From: an uncultured Acidobacteriota bacterium
Lineage (GTDB): Bacteria > Acidobacteriota > JAQAZP01
Assembly (NCBI GenBank): GCA_963836075.1
Contig: CAWIIB010000001.1
Span: forward strand, 512,001-576,000
DNA length: 64,000 bases
Reading direction: 5' to 3'
Of the stretch, positions 19,039-27,832 are shown piece by piece. The notes under the pieces are model-generated. The model saw only the letters and a program-made list of their open reading frames with translations, was not told the origin of the DNA and searched no databases. Position 1 is the first letter of the stretch. Every line of letters begins with the position of its first letter. Position numbers and translations under genes: made by a program.

Positions 19039-20334
19039 ATGACCTTCAGAGGATCCAGACTGGGCGGTTTAACGGCTTTTATCCTGCTCGCCGTATTCAT
19101 CACCCTCCTCTCCCAGGTGAACGCCTCGGCCATTCCGGCATTTGCCCGGAAGTACGAGACATCCTGCACCACCTGCCACGTGATCTACCCCAAGCTCAAC
19201 GCCTATGGCGAGGGGTTCCGCAACAGCGGCTACCGCTTCATCGGCAATGACGAGGAGCTGGTGAAACAGGCGGACATCCCCATGGGCGCCGACGCCTGGA
19301 AGCATGTCTTCCCCCACGGTACCTGGCCCGGGGCCCTGCCCCGCTACGTGCCGCTGGCCATCCGCGGAGCATTCGGCGCGGCGTACTGGCCCGACGAGGA
19401 ACTGCGCAAGAGCAGTTTCCAGACTCCCTGGGAAGCGTCGCTCTACTGGGGCACCACCCTGGGCGAGAAGATCTCCACCTACGGCAAGATCAACCTCGAC
19501 GGCGGCAGCCTCGACCGGGCCTTTGTCCGCTTCAACAGCATCTTCGGCAACACCCTTGGCGAGAACTCGTTCAACATCAAGGTGGGCAAGATCGAGACGG
19601 CCATCATCCCCTGGTCCCTGACCCGCTTCATCGGCATCTCGGTGCCGCTGGTCTACGGGGTCAACCGCAGCCAGGGGGACTACACCTACGGCATGCGGCA
19701 GAGCGGCATGGAGGTCGAAGGGATCCTGGGACACCACTTCAAGTACGCCGTCGGCGCCGCCAACGGCAGCAACGGCTTCCGTGACGACAACAACGCCAAG
19801 GACTTTTACGGCCGCCTGGCCTACAAGTTCGGCGGCATCGGCTTCGACGGCTACAGCAAGGCCCTGGAGGAGGGCGGCGAACTGCCCCAGACCGACAACT
19901 GGACCGACACCTCCTTCACCCTCGGTATTTCCGCCTACGACGGGAGGGAGACGATCACCGACGAGGTGGACAACGACGTCACGCGCTATGCCCTGGACGC
20001 CCGGCTGCAGCTGGGCAGCCTCGACCTCTTCGGCATCTACATCGACGAGGAGGACAGCAATCCCTTCCCCGCTTCGACGGATCCCTGGGATTCCTCCACC
20101 TGGTTCGTCCAGGCCGACTACGTGTTCCTGCCGTGGATGGTGGGCTACCTGCGCTACGAGAACCTGGAGGACGCCATCGACCCGCGGGACGCCCCGCTGG
20201 AAGATCTGACGCGGTTCGTGCCCGGCCTGGTGATGGCCATCCGGGCCAACGTCAAGATCACCGTGGAAGCCCAGCTCTACCAGGACGATTTCAACGGGGA
20301 TGTCTACCAGGCGATGCTCGACCTGGCCTTCTGA
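19039..20334 (+). CDS. Cyc2-like outer-membrane monoheme cytochrome c-porin fusion
   Basis: Signal peptide (..VNASA) followed by IPAFARKYETSCTTCHVIYPKLNAYGEGFRNSGY, the PxFARxxxxxCxxCH...PxLNxxGxxFxxxGY N-terminus of Cyc2-type proteins. The remainder has alternating amphipathic beta-strands and a C-terminal Phe (MLDLAF). aaggag RBS. Confidence 0.8.
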   Translation: MTFRGSRLGGLTAFILLAVFITLLSQVNASAIPAFARKYETSCTTCHVIYPKLNAYGEGFRNSGYRFIGNDEELVKQADIPMGADAWKHVFPHGTWPGALPRYVPLAIRGAFGAAYWPDEELRKSSFQTPWEASLYWGTTLGEKISTYGKINLDGGSLDRAFVRFNSIFGNTLGENSFNIKVGKIETAIIPWSLTRFIGISVPLVYGVNRSQGDYTYGMRQSGMEVEGILGHHFKYAVGAANGSNGFRDDNNAKDFYGRLAYKFGGIGFDGYSKALEEGGELPQTDNWTDTSFTLGISAYDGRETITDEVDNDVTRYALDARLQLGSLDLFGIYIDEEDSNPFPASTDPWDSSTWFVQADYVFLPWMVGYLRYENLEDAIDPRDAPLEDLTRFVPGLVMAIRANVKITVEAQLYQDDFNGDVYQAMLDLAF

Positions 20335-20367
20335 TCCGCCGCCGCCGGCCCGCGCCCCGGCGGCGGA
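20335..20367 (+). other. GC-rich intergenic stem-loop without a U-tract
   Basis: tccgccgccg (20335-44) pairs perfectly with cggcggcgga (20358-67). Confidence 0.55.
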
Positions 20368-20400
20368 GATCCCGACTCATTTTCAGCAAGGGGATGATCG

Positions 20401-21030
20401 ATGAGAAGAGGTATGAACAGCCTGCTGAGCAGAACCCTGAAGCTGACCGCCGGCATCCTGCTGCTGGGCGCGCTGCTGGCCGCCGCGCCACCGGCACATG
20501 GCGGCGACCTGGTGGGCACGGTGACCGTCAGGGGCGTGCGCAGCCCGGAAGACGTGGTGATCTACCTGGGCCAGAAGCTCCCGGCGGACCAGCTGACGCT
20601 TCCCGCCGAGAACCCGGTGATGGACCAGCGCAAGCTGATCTTCATCCCCCACGTGATGTGCGTGTTGCGGGGCAGCACGGTGGACTTCCCCAACAACGAC
20701 GAAGTGCCGCACAATGTCTTCTCCCCCAGCCCGGTAAAGAAATTCAACCTCGGCACCTACAAGGTCGGGGTGGTCAAACAGGTGACCTTTGACAAGCCGG
20801 GGCTGGTGCCGCTGCTCTGCACCATCCACCCGGAGATGTCGGCGTTCATTCTCGTGCTGGAGACGCCGCACTACGCCATCACCGGCAAGGACGGCACCTA
20901 CCGCATCGCCGGTATCCCGGCGGGGTCGTACAAGATCAAGACCTGGCACGAAAAGCTGAAACCGGCGGTGGAAAACGTGGAGATCCCCGAGACCGGGGAG
21001 GTGACCCTCGATCTTTCGCTGAGGAAGTGA
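20401..21030 (+). CDS. Periplasmic cupredoxin (type-1 Cu site) with a carboxypeptidase-regulatory-like domain
   Basis: Signal peptide (..PAHG), MDQ...FIPHV, FPNNDEVPHNVFS and LCTIHPEMSAFI supply His, Cys-x2-His-x2-Met ligands; C-terminal GTYRIAGIPAGSYKIKTWHE. Confidence 0.75.
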   Translation: MRRGMNSLLSRTLKLTAGILLLGALLAAAPPAHGGDLVGTVTVRGVRSPEDVVIYLGQKLPADQLTLPAENPVMDQRKLIFIPHVMCVLRGSTVDFPNNDEVPHNVFSPSPVKKFNLGTYKVGVVKQVTFDKPGLVPLLCTIHPEMSAFILVLETPHYAITGKDGTYRIAGIPAGSYKIKTWHEKLKPAVENVEIPETGEVTLDLSLRK

Positions 21031-21037
21031 GGAAGAG

Positions 21038-21604
21038 GTGGACGCGCACGAAGAGCAACGGCCTGAGGAGAACGGGGCGCAGGACGGCGTGCCGGCGCCG
21101 GTCCTCAAGCGGCCCCGCCACCTCTGGGTCACCCGCCGTGATTTCTTTTCCATGGCCGGCTGGAGGCTCTTCTGGGCGGCGATGATCGTCTCGGCGGTGG
21201 GCCTGGTGCGCTTCTTCTTCCCCCGGGCGCTCTACGAGCCCCCCACCACCTTTTCCGCCGGCTCCCCCGACGACTACCAGACGGGGAAGGTGAGCCAGAA
21301 GTATCTCAAGACCGAGCGGACGTTCATCGTCAAGACCGAAGACGGGATCTACGCCCTGCACGGCAAGTGCACCCACCTCGGCTGCACCGTGCTCTGGAGC
21401 GCGGAAGAGCGCAAGTTCAAATGCCCCTGTCACGGCAGCGGCTTCCATGCCAGCGGGATCAACTTCGAGGGGCCGGCCCCCCGGCCGTTGGAACGGTTCA
21501 AGATTTCTCTGGGCCGCGACGGCGCCATCGTCGTCGATCGCGGCCGGATGTTTCGGGAGGAGCGCGGTGAGTGGGAGGAACCCGACGCGCTGCTGAATGT
21601 CTGA
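21038..21604 (+). CDS. Rieske [2Fe-2S] subunit of a Rieske/cytochrome b complex
   Basis: Tat motif TRRDFF plus TM helix, [21 protein letters not shown]. Confidence 0.93.
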   Translation: MDAHEEQRPEENGAQDGVPAPVLKRPRHLWVTRRDFFSMAGWRLFWAAMIVSAVGLVRFFFPRALYEPPTTFSAGSPDDYQTGKVSQKYLKTERTFIVKTEDGIYALHGKCTHLGCTVLWSAEERKFKCPCHGSGFHASGINFEGPAPRPLERFKISLGRDGAIVVDRGRMFREERGEWEEPDALLNV

Positions 21605-22412
21605 ACGAACTGGAAGACAGAAGAGCCTCTGGAAGCGGTTCAAGGAGACCGAGCTCTGGAAGTCCGTCTTTCGCCACGGGTACGAGGATACCCGCCGTAA
21701 CCGCTTCCTGCAGATCACCAGCAACCTCTTTCTCCACCTCCACCCGCCAAAGATCCAGCCCCACGCCCTGCGGTTCACCTACACCTGGGGCATGGGCGGA
21801 ATCTCGTTCCTGCTCTTCCTGATTCTCACCGTCACCGGCGTGCTGCTGATGTTCTACTACTTTCCGGACACCGCCCGGGCCTACCAGGACATGAAGGATC
21901 TCAAATACGTGGTCCCCTTCGGCCGCCTGCTGCGCAACATGCACCGCTGGGCGGCCCACGGCATGGTACTCACCGTCTGGTTCCACATGCTGCTGGTCTT
22001 TCTCCACGGCGCCTACCGCGCCCCCCGCCAGTTCAACTGGTGTATCGGCGTGATGCTGCTGGTGATGACCCTGCTGCTCAGCTTCACCGGCTACCTGCTG
22101 CCCTGGGACCAGCTGGCCTTCTGGGCCATCACCGTGGGCACCAACATGGCCACCGCCACGCCTGTGATCGGGGCCGAGGGCCCCTTCTCCATCGCCAGCC
22201 CGGGGAATGACGTACGCTTTGCCCTGCTGGGCGGAAAATCGGTGGGGGCCAACGCCCTGCTCCGCTTCTACGTCTGGCACTGCATCGCCATTCCGCTCAT
22301 CGCCTCGGTGCTGATGGGTCTGCACTTCTGGCGCGTGCGCAAGGACGGCTTCTCCCGGCCGCACCAGCGGAGCTCCCGCTACTCCCGGGAAAAGAAAGGC
22401 AGCGCCCAATGA
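21597..22412 (+). CDS. Cytochrome b6-like N-terminal subunit (split cytochrome b)
   Basis: [55 protein letters not shown]-x13-H (14 residues between the helix D His ligands, b6-type). Confidence 0.93.
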   Translation: MSERTGRQKSLWKRFKETELWKSVFRHGYEDTRRNRFLQITSNLFLHLHPPKIQPHALRFTYTWGMGGISFLLFLILTVTGVLLMFYYFPDTARAYQDMKDLKYVVPFGRLLRNMHRWAAHGMVLTVWFHMLLVFLHGAYRAPRQFNWCIGVMLLVMTLLLSFTGYLLPWDQLAFWAITVGTNMATATPVIGAEGPFSIASPGNDVRFALLGGKSVGANALLRFYVWHCIAIPLIASVLMGLHFWRVRKDGFSRPHQRSSRYSREKKGSAQ

Positions 22413-23125
22413 GCGATCACCAGGACACCAACGGACGGGCGCCGCTGCGCAAGGTGGAAGCCTGGCCCCACCTGGTCTCGCGGGAGATGCTGGCCGCCCT
22501 GGCGGTGCTGGCCGTGCTCCTCGCCTGGTCCTGGTTCATCGACGCTCCGCTGGAAGAACCGGCGAACCCCAACACCACACCCAATCCGGCCAAGGCGCCC
22601 TGGTATTTCCTCGGCCTGCAGGAGCTGCTGGTCTACTTCGACCCCTGGCTCGCCGGGGTGGTTCTCCCGTGCCTGATCGTGCTGGGGCTGCTGGCCCTGC
22701 CCTACGTGGACAACAACGTCCGGGACACCGGTGTGTACTCTTTCCACCATCGCCGGTATGTGATCTCGGGATTTCTCTTCGGCATGCTGCTCTGGACGGT
22801 ACTGATCATCATCGGGGTCTGGTTCCGCGGTCCGGGCTGGGCCTGGTACTGGCCCTGGGAGGACCAGAGCCTGCACAAACCGCTCTACGAGAAGGCCTGG
22901 AGCTTTCACCCCCTGCTGGGGCTGGCGACCCTCGCCTCCTACTTCGGCATCGGGTTCTACTTGCCCCAGCGAATGAATAAAAAACTGCTCACCGGCCTGG
23001 GCCGCTGGCGCTACTTCATCTCGGTGGGCCTGCTGCTGGTGATGCTGCTGATCCCGATCAAAATCGTCCTCCGGCTGTTGTTCGGAGTGAAATACATCCT
23101 GATAACGCCCTGGTTCAATCTCTGA
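22409..23125 (+). CDS. Subunit IV-like C-terminal cytochrome b subunit
   Basis: [37 protein letters not shown] (Qo loop), LPYVD, FRGPGW. Confidence 0.9.
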   Translation: MSDHQDTNGRAPLRKVEAWPHLVSREMLAALAVLAVLLAWSWFIDAPLEEPANPNTTPNPAKAPWYFLGLQELLVYFDPWLAGVVLPCLIVLGLLALPYVDNNVRDTGVYSFHHRRYVISGFLFGMLLWTVLIIIGVWFRGPGWAWYWPWEDQSLHKPLYEKAWSFHPLLGLATLASYFGIGFYLPQRMNKKLLTGLGRWRYFISVGLLLVMLLIPIKIVLRLLFGVKYILITPWFNL

Positions 23126-23154
23126 CCACTGCGCAGGACTGGAGTTTGCTTTCC

Positions 23155-25647
23155 ATGATTCGCCGCTGGTTCTTCATCCTGATGGCCGTGAACCTGCTCT
23201 TTATCGGCCTCTTCTGCTGGGAGGAGTGGCGCCCGGAGTGGAAGGACCATTTCTGGCAGTACCGGGAGCTGAAGCTGGCCGCATTGCAGGGCGAGCTGGA
23301 ACAGGCCATCACCCGCCGGGATGCCGACGAGAACGGTCTGGACGAGCTGCGCCGGGCGCTGACCAGCGAGGAAGCCCGACTGGCGCACCCGGAGCAGAAG
23401 GCGGAGCTGGAGAAGATTACCGAAGCGCTGTCCGAGTCCCAGGAGCGGCTGGAAGACGCGGTGGACAACTACCAGAAGAACTACTCCCGCTACCAGACCC
23501 TGGAAATCCGCTACCACCAGATGAGCGACGAAAACCCGGACAAGGAACTGCGGGCGGCCGACCTGCGCAAGCTGGGCCTGCGGCTGGAGCACATGAAGTC
23601 CGAACAGGAGCGGATCATGGCCGAGGTGGAGGGCCATGACGGCCGGCTGGCCGGTTTCACCGGCGAGCAGCTCCGGCTGAACCGCCAGATCAAGCGTCTG
23701 GAAAGCGAAGTGGAGCAGTGGCAGAACAGCATCGTCAAGCTGGAAGCCCAGCGTCCGGCCATCGAGCAGATCAGCAACAAGGCCCTGGGCCGGGTGGACC
23801 GCTGCGTCACCTGCCATCTGGGTATCGACGATCCGCACTTCAACGACGCCCCTGAGCCGCTCCGCGCCCACCAGCCGAATTCCCTGAGCGACATCGGACT
23901 CTACCACCCGTTCAAGACCTACGGCTGCAGTATCTGCCACGAGGGTCAGGGCTTGGCCACCCGGCTGGCCGAGGCCTTCGGCCAGGAGGCGCACTTCCAC
24001 CAGCCGGTGCTGGGCAGGGACCTCTCCCAGGGCTCCTGCCTGCCCTGTCACCCGGAGCGGATCCCCCTGCCCGGCGTCCCGGCCCTGGACGCCGCCCCGC
24101 TGCTGGAGCGGGGGCGGCTGCTCTTCGCCGACAAGGGCTGCACCGGCTGCCACGAGACCAAACCGTTCAGCCACCTGACCCGCACCGGGCCCAAACTCAA
24201 CTCCCTCGCCCACAAGGTGCAGGGAGACTGGCTCTACCGCTGGCTGCGCAAACCGGACGACTATTTGCCCGGGACGCACATGCCCGACTTCCTGCTCCCG
24301 CCGGAGGAGATCCGGGAGATCACCGACCACCTGCTGCTGACCCTGCGGGAACAGCCACCGCAGCCTGCACCGCCCGCGCCGGGGGATCTGGACCAGGCCT
24401 ATGAAAACGGCAAGGCCCTGTTCCAGGTGGCCCGCTGCATCACCTGCCACGCCATCGAGGGTGTGGGCGGCACCATCGGCCCCGACCTCTACCGCTCGGC
24501 CAGCAAGCTCAACCGGGACTGGCTCTTCTCCTGGCTGGACAACCCGCCGGCCCACGACCCGCAGACCCTGATGCCCCACTTCCGCTTCACCGTTGAGGAA
24601 CGGCTGGACCTGGTGGAATACATCACCCAGGAGTTTATGGACTGGGACCTTCCCGACAGTCCCGACCCGGTGGAGGCAGCGGAACCGCTGGCGGAGAACT
24701 CTCCCCGCGGCGAGGCGCTGGTGCGCCGCTACGGCTGTTCCGGATGCCACGAGATGCCGGGCAGTGTGGACGGCCAGAAGGTGAGCACCGAACTGACCGA
24801 CTACGGGACCAAGACCGTGGACCTGCTCGATTTCGGCTGGGCCTGGGACGTGCCGCGCACCCGCCTCGACTGGACGATGACCAAGCTGCGCACGCCCCGG
24901 GTCTTTCGCGACACCCTGCTGATGCCCGACTACGGCTTTGACGAGGAGCAGATCCTCGCCCTGACCACCGTGCTGCTGGCGCTCAAGGGCTACACCCCGC
25001 CGGCGGACTACATCTACTACGTGAAACCGAAGTGCAGCCTCACCGGCCGGACCGATATACCACCGACCCTCTGGGGGCCGCGGATGGCCAGCACCCCGCC
25101 GGCCACCGCCTTCGACCAGCTGGTGGACGACCTGCGCTGCCGCTCCTGCCACCGCATCGGCACCTGGGGCGGTGACCTGGCCCCCGAGCTGGATCTCACC
25201 GGAAGCCGCTTCGAGGAGGAGTATCTGCGCTTCTTCCTCAAGACCCCGGAGGCCATCCGGCCGCTGCTGGTGGAACGGATGGTGCGGCTGAACCTCACCG
25301 ACCAGGAGGTGGACCAGCTGGTGCAGGGGCTCCAGTTCATGCTCACCGATCAGAACCGCGTACCCCCGGTGTCGCCTGACCCGGCCTGGTCCATCGCCCG
25401 GGGTGAAGAGCTCTACCAGACCCTCGGCTGCACCGGCTGCCACATGACCGGCTCCGAAGGCGGGACCTCGGGCCCCAACATGACCGAGGCCGGCCGCAGG
25501 CTGACTCTGGACTACCTGCACTCCTGGCTGCGCCACCCCCAGACGCTGGTGCCCACGGCCATCGAGCCGGACTACGGGTTGAGCGAGGAGGACGCCGGGC
25601 ACCTGGCCGTCTACATGAAGAGCCTGACCATGGAGGGCGGCGCATGA
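23155..25647 (+). CDS. Membrane-anchored octaheme cytochrome c with a long coiled-coil
   Basis: N-terminal TM helix, a charged heptad-like region of about 170 aa, then eight CxxCH motifs (CVTCH, CSICH, CLPCH, CTGCH, CITCH, CSGCH, CRSCH, CTGCH) with repeated GPxL...WL..P...MP class I cytochrome c modules. Confidence 0.92.
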   Translation: MIRRWFFILMAVNLLFIGLFCWEEWRPEWKDHFWQYRELKLAALQGELEQAITRRDADENGLDELRRALTSEEARLAHPEQKAELEKITEALSESQERLEDAVDNYQKNYSRYQTLEIRYHQMSDENPDKELRAADLRKLGLRLEHMKSEQERIMAEVEGHDGRLAGFTGEQLRLNRQIKRLESEVEQWQNSIVKLEAQRPAIEQISNKALGRVDRCVTCHLGIDDPHFNDAPEPLRAHQPNSLSDIGLYHPFKTYGCSICHEGQGLATRLAEAFGQEAHFHQPVLGRDLSQGSCLPCHPERIPLPGVPALDAAPLLERGRLLFADKGCTGCHETKPFSHLTRTGPKLNSLAHKVQGDWLYRWLRKPDDYLPGTHMPDFLLPPEEIREITDHLLLTLREQPPQPAPPAPGDLDQAYENGKALFQVARCITCHAIEGVGGTIGPDLYRSASKLNRDWLFSWLDNPPAHDPQTLMPHFRFTVEERLDLVEYITQEFMDWDLPDSPDPVEAAEPLAENSPRGEALVRRYGCSGCHEMPGSVDGQKVSTELTDYGTKTVDLLDFGWAWDVPRTRLDWTMTKLRTPRVFRDTLLMPDYGFDEEQILALTTVLLALKGYTPPADYIYYVKPKCSLTGRTDIPPTLWGPRMASTPPATAFDQLVDDLRCRSCHRIGTWGGDLAPELDLTGSRFEEEYLRFFLKTPEAIRPLLVERMVRLNLTDQEVDQLVQGLQFMLTDQNRVPPVSPDPAWSIARGEELYQTLGCTGCHMTGSEGGTSGPNMTEAGRRLTLDYLHSWLRHPQTLVPTAIEPDYGLSEEDAGHLAVYMKSLTMEGGA

Positions 25648-26204
25648 CCGGACGCCTGACAGCCTGGTGTCTCACCGCCCTGCTGCTGGCCGCCCTGCTG
25701 GCCTTCTGCGGCTGCACGGTGCAGGAAGAGACCGCTTCCGCACCGGCCGACGGCACCACGGTGCTCGACGGCACTGAAGCGCTGAACGGCACCGAAATGC
25801 TGTACGGGGACGATATCGAAGTGCTGGCGGTGGGCCCCGAGCTGACCCGCGGCGAGGAGCGGGGGCGGATGATCTTCCTCCACTTCTGCGCCCACTGCCA
25901 CGGCCCCTCGGGCGCCGGGGACGGCCAGAACTCCTACGGCCTGGAAACGGCTCCCCGGGACCTGCTGGCGGTGGAGATGGATGCCCTGAGCGACGAGCAC
26001 CTGAGGAGGGTGATCACCGATGGGGGCGCCGCCAACGGCCTCTCCCCGCTGATGCCGCCCTGGGGCCACACCCTGGAGCCCCACCGGATCAACGACCTGG
26101 TGGCCCTGATCCGTGTCCTGCCCGATCTGGAAGGATTCGAGGACGAGGATGCCGACATCCCCACCCTGGACGATGACGACGAGATGGACGACTTCAGCCT
26201 CTGA
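25644..26204 (+). CDS. Monoheme cytochrome c, probable lipoprotein
   Basis: Hydrophobic leader ending LAFCGC (lipobox-like), CAHCHG..G.GDG, MPPWG, acidic tail. Confidence 0.85.
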   Translation: MTGRLTAWCLTALLLAALLAFCGCTVQEETASAPADGTTVLDGTEALNGTEMLYGDDIEVLAVGPELTRGEERGRMIFLHFCAHCHGPSGAGDGQNSYGLETAPRDLLAVEMDALSDEHLRRVITDGGAANGLSPLMPPWGHTLEPHRINDLVALIRVLPDLEGFEDEDADIPTLDDDDEMDDFSL

Positions 26205-26871
26205 CCGGTTCCACCCCCTGCCCCACCAGTTTTCCACCGGCATGGGCCTTCATGCGCAAGGCCGCATCGGCGGTGACCTTTTCCAGGTCGTCGCGGGCCA
26301 TCTCGGCCGGGGCAAAAAAGACAAAGAGGATATTGCGGGTCTCATCCCGGATACTGGTGCGCAGCGAGTCGGATGATGGGTTGCCAAAGGGCCCCTCCCC
26401 GTCGCTGAGGATCAGCCGCCCCTCCAGGTTCACCCGGCCCTTGTTGATCCCCTGGTAGCCGTCCCCGGGGCCGCCCAGACCGGCGGACAGCTCCCCGTGG
26501 AGCCGGTCGGTGTCGTAGAGCCCCACCGGCAGGGCCGCTTCCAGCGAGCAGATATTGGCCGTGTCCACCACGGTGTTGATGCGGTAGAGCGGCTTGCCGG
26601 TGATCACCCGGCGCAGCAGCGCCTCGGACGAGGGGCGGTACTTGGTGGGATCGATCCCCACCGCCCGGTAGAGGACCCGGGCCGGCCGGTTGCGGGGGCC
26701 CGCCTCGGCCGGAGTGGCGAACTTATGCTGCAAGCGGGTGCAGAGTTCGTCCAGGTCGAACTCCAGGGAATCCGGCGAGCATTGCGGGTCCACACCCTCC
26801 ATGCGGAACCAGCCCAGGCGAATGGTCCCGGCCAGGGACGGCTCGATGCGCAGCGCTGAGGGTTCACTCAT
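26194..26871 (-). CDS. B3/B4 domain protein (PheRS beta editing-domain-like)
   Basis: GIDPTKYRPSSEALLRR, INTVVD..NICSL, PVGLYD.D, DGEGPFGNPSSDS.RT. Confidence 0.88.
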   Translation of the reverse strand: MSEPSALRIEPSLAGTIRLGWFRMEGVDPQCSPDSLEFDLDELCTRLQHKFATPAEAGPRNRPARVLYRAVGIDPTKYRPSSEALLRRVITGKPLYRINTVVDTANICSLEAALPVGLYDTDRLHGELSAGLGGPGDGYQGINKGRVNLEGRLILSDGEGPFGNPSSDSLRTSIRDETRNILFVFFAPAEMARDDLEKVTADAALRMKAHAGGKLVGQGVEPVRG

Positions 26872-27016
26872 CCTCGCTCCTTTTCGTTCACCTCACTCTA
26901 GCGCATCAGTCCCCGGTCCGCCAACTGCCCGCTGCATTGGCGGTGTGAACCGTCTGTGCTAGACTCATCCGGTTCGTATCTGATTGCCGTGTACAGCTGG
27001 AGAGAGACAACCGTAA

Positions 27017-27763
27017 TTGATCGCGACAGATACCAGGTTTGCCGGTGGCAGATGGCGGATGGCGCTGCTCATCGCCATCATCGTCTGCTGCACCGCTCAG
27101 CCGGCCCCGGCCGGTGAGGACGCGGCGGTGACCCTGCTGCGCGACCTGCAGCAGCACCTGGGCGGCCTCACCGACTTCCGGGCCTCGTTCACCCAGCGGC
27201 TGCACACCCCCCACTCGGTCAACGAGCGGGAGGAGAGCGGCGTGCTCTACGTCATGATGCCCGGCCGGATGCGCTGGAACTACCTCGACCCGGAGCGCAA
27301 GGAGTTTATCTGCGACGGCCGGAAGGTCTGGTTCTACGAGCCGGAGGAGAGCGCGGTCACCATCTACAGCGCCGCGATCATCGGCGATAGCGGCACCCCG
27401 CTGCAGCTGCTCTTCGGTCAGGGAGACCTGCTGCGCGACTTCCTGGTCACCGCCGATGACACACCGGTGCGGGCCGAATCCCCGGAGGGGGTGATGGCCC
27501 TGGTGCGCCCCCGGGAGGAGGACGCCGCCTTTGTCCAGGCGCACCTGGAGATGGTGGCCAAGCCGGTGCCGCGGCTGGTACGGCTGATCGTGGTGGACCC
27601 GCTGCGCAACAGCACCGAATACCGTTTTTCCGATTTCAGGGAGAACACCGGACTGTCCGTGGACTATTTCAGTTTCGAACCACCGCCCGGCACCGAGGTC
27701 TGGGAGGAACGGGAAAAGACTCCGGAGACACCGGCGAGCGGTGCACCGGCAAATAGCAATTGA
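27017..27763 (+). CDS. lolA: Outer-membrane lipoprotein carrier protein
   Basis: Signal peptide, ASFTQ, SGVLY...PGRMRWNY..PE..FICDG..VWFYEP, F.FEPPPGTEV. Exact start uncertain (27017 or 27059). Confidence 0.85.
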   Translation: MIATDTRFAGGRWRMALLIAIIVCCTAQPAPAGEDAAVTLLRDLQQHLGGLTDFRASFTQRLHTPHSVNEREESGVLYVMMPGRMRWNYLDPERKEFICDGRKVWFYEPEESAVTIYSAAIIGDSGTPLQLLFGQGDLLRDFLVTADDTPVRAESPEGVMALVRPREEDAAFVQAHLEMVAKPVPRLVRLIVVDPLRNSTEYRFSDFRENTGLSVDYFSFEPPPGTEVWEEREKTPETPASGAPANSN

Positions 27764-27832
27764 ATTTACGCGCCCCCGGTGATACTATTTTCACTCATTG
27801 CCGCCGGGCGTCGGCCTGCGATCAGTCACGGT

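Noticed and set aside
19039-20334. Firm assignment as an iron oxidase (cyc2)
   Set aside because: The motif supports family membership only; distant Cyc2-like proteins occur in organisms not known to oxidise iron, so function and direction remain hypotheses.
23011-25602. Long antisense ORFs (e.g. 863 aa here; also 55378..57753, 39347..41473, 37699..39330, 35098..36744, 11797..13032)
   Set aside because: These are shadow frames opposite well-supported genes, expected from high-GC codon bias, and carry no recognisable motifs.
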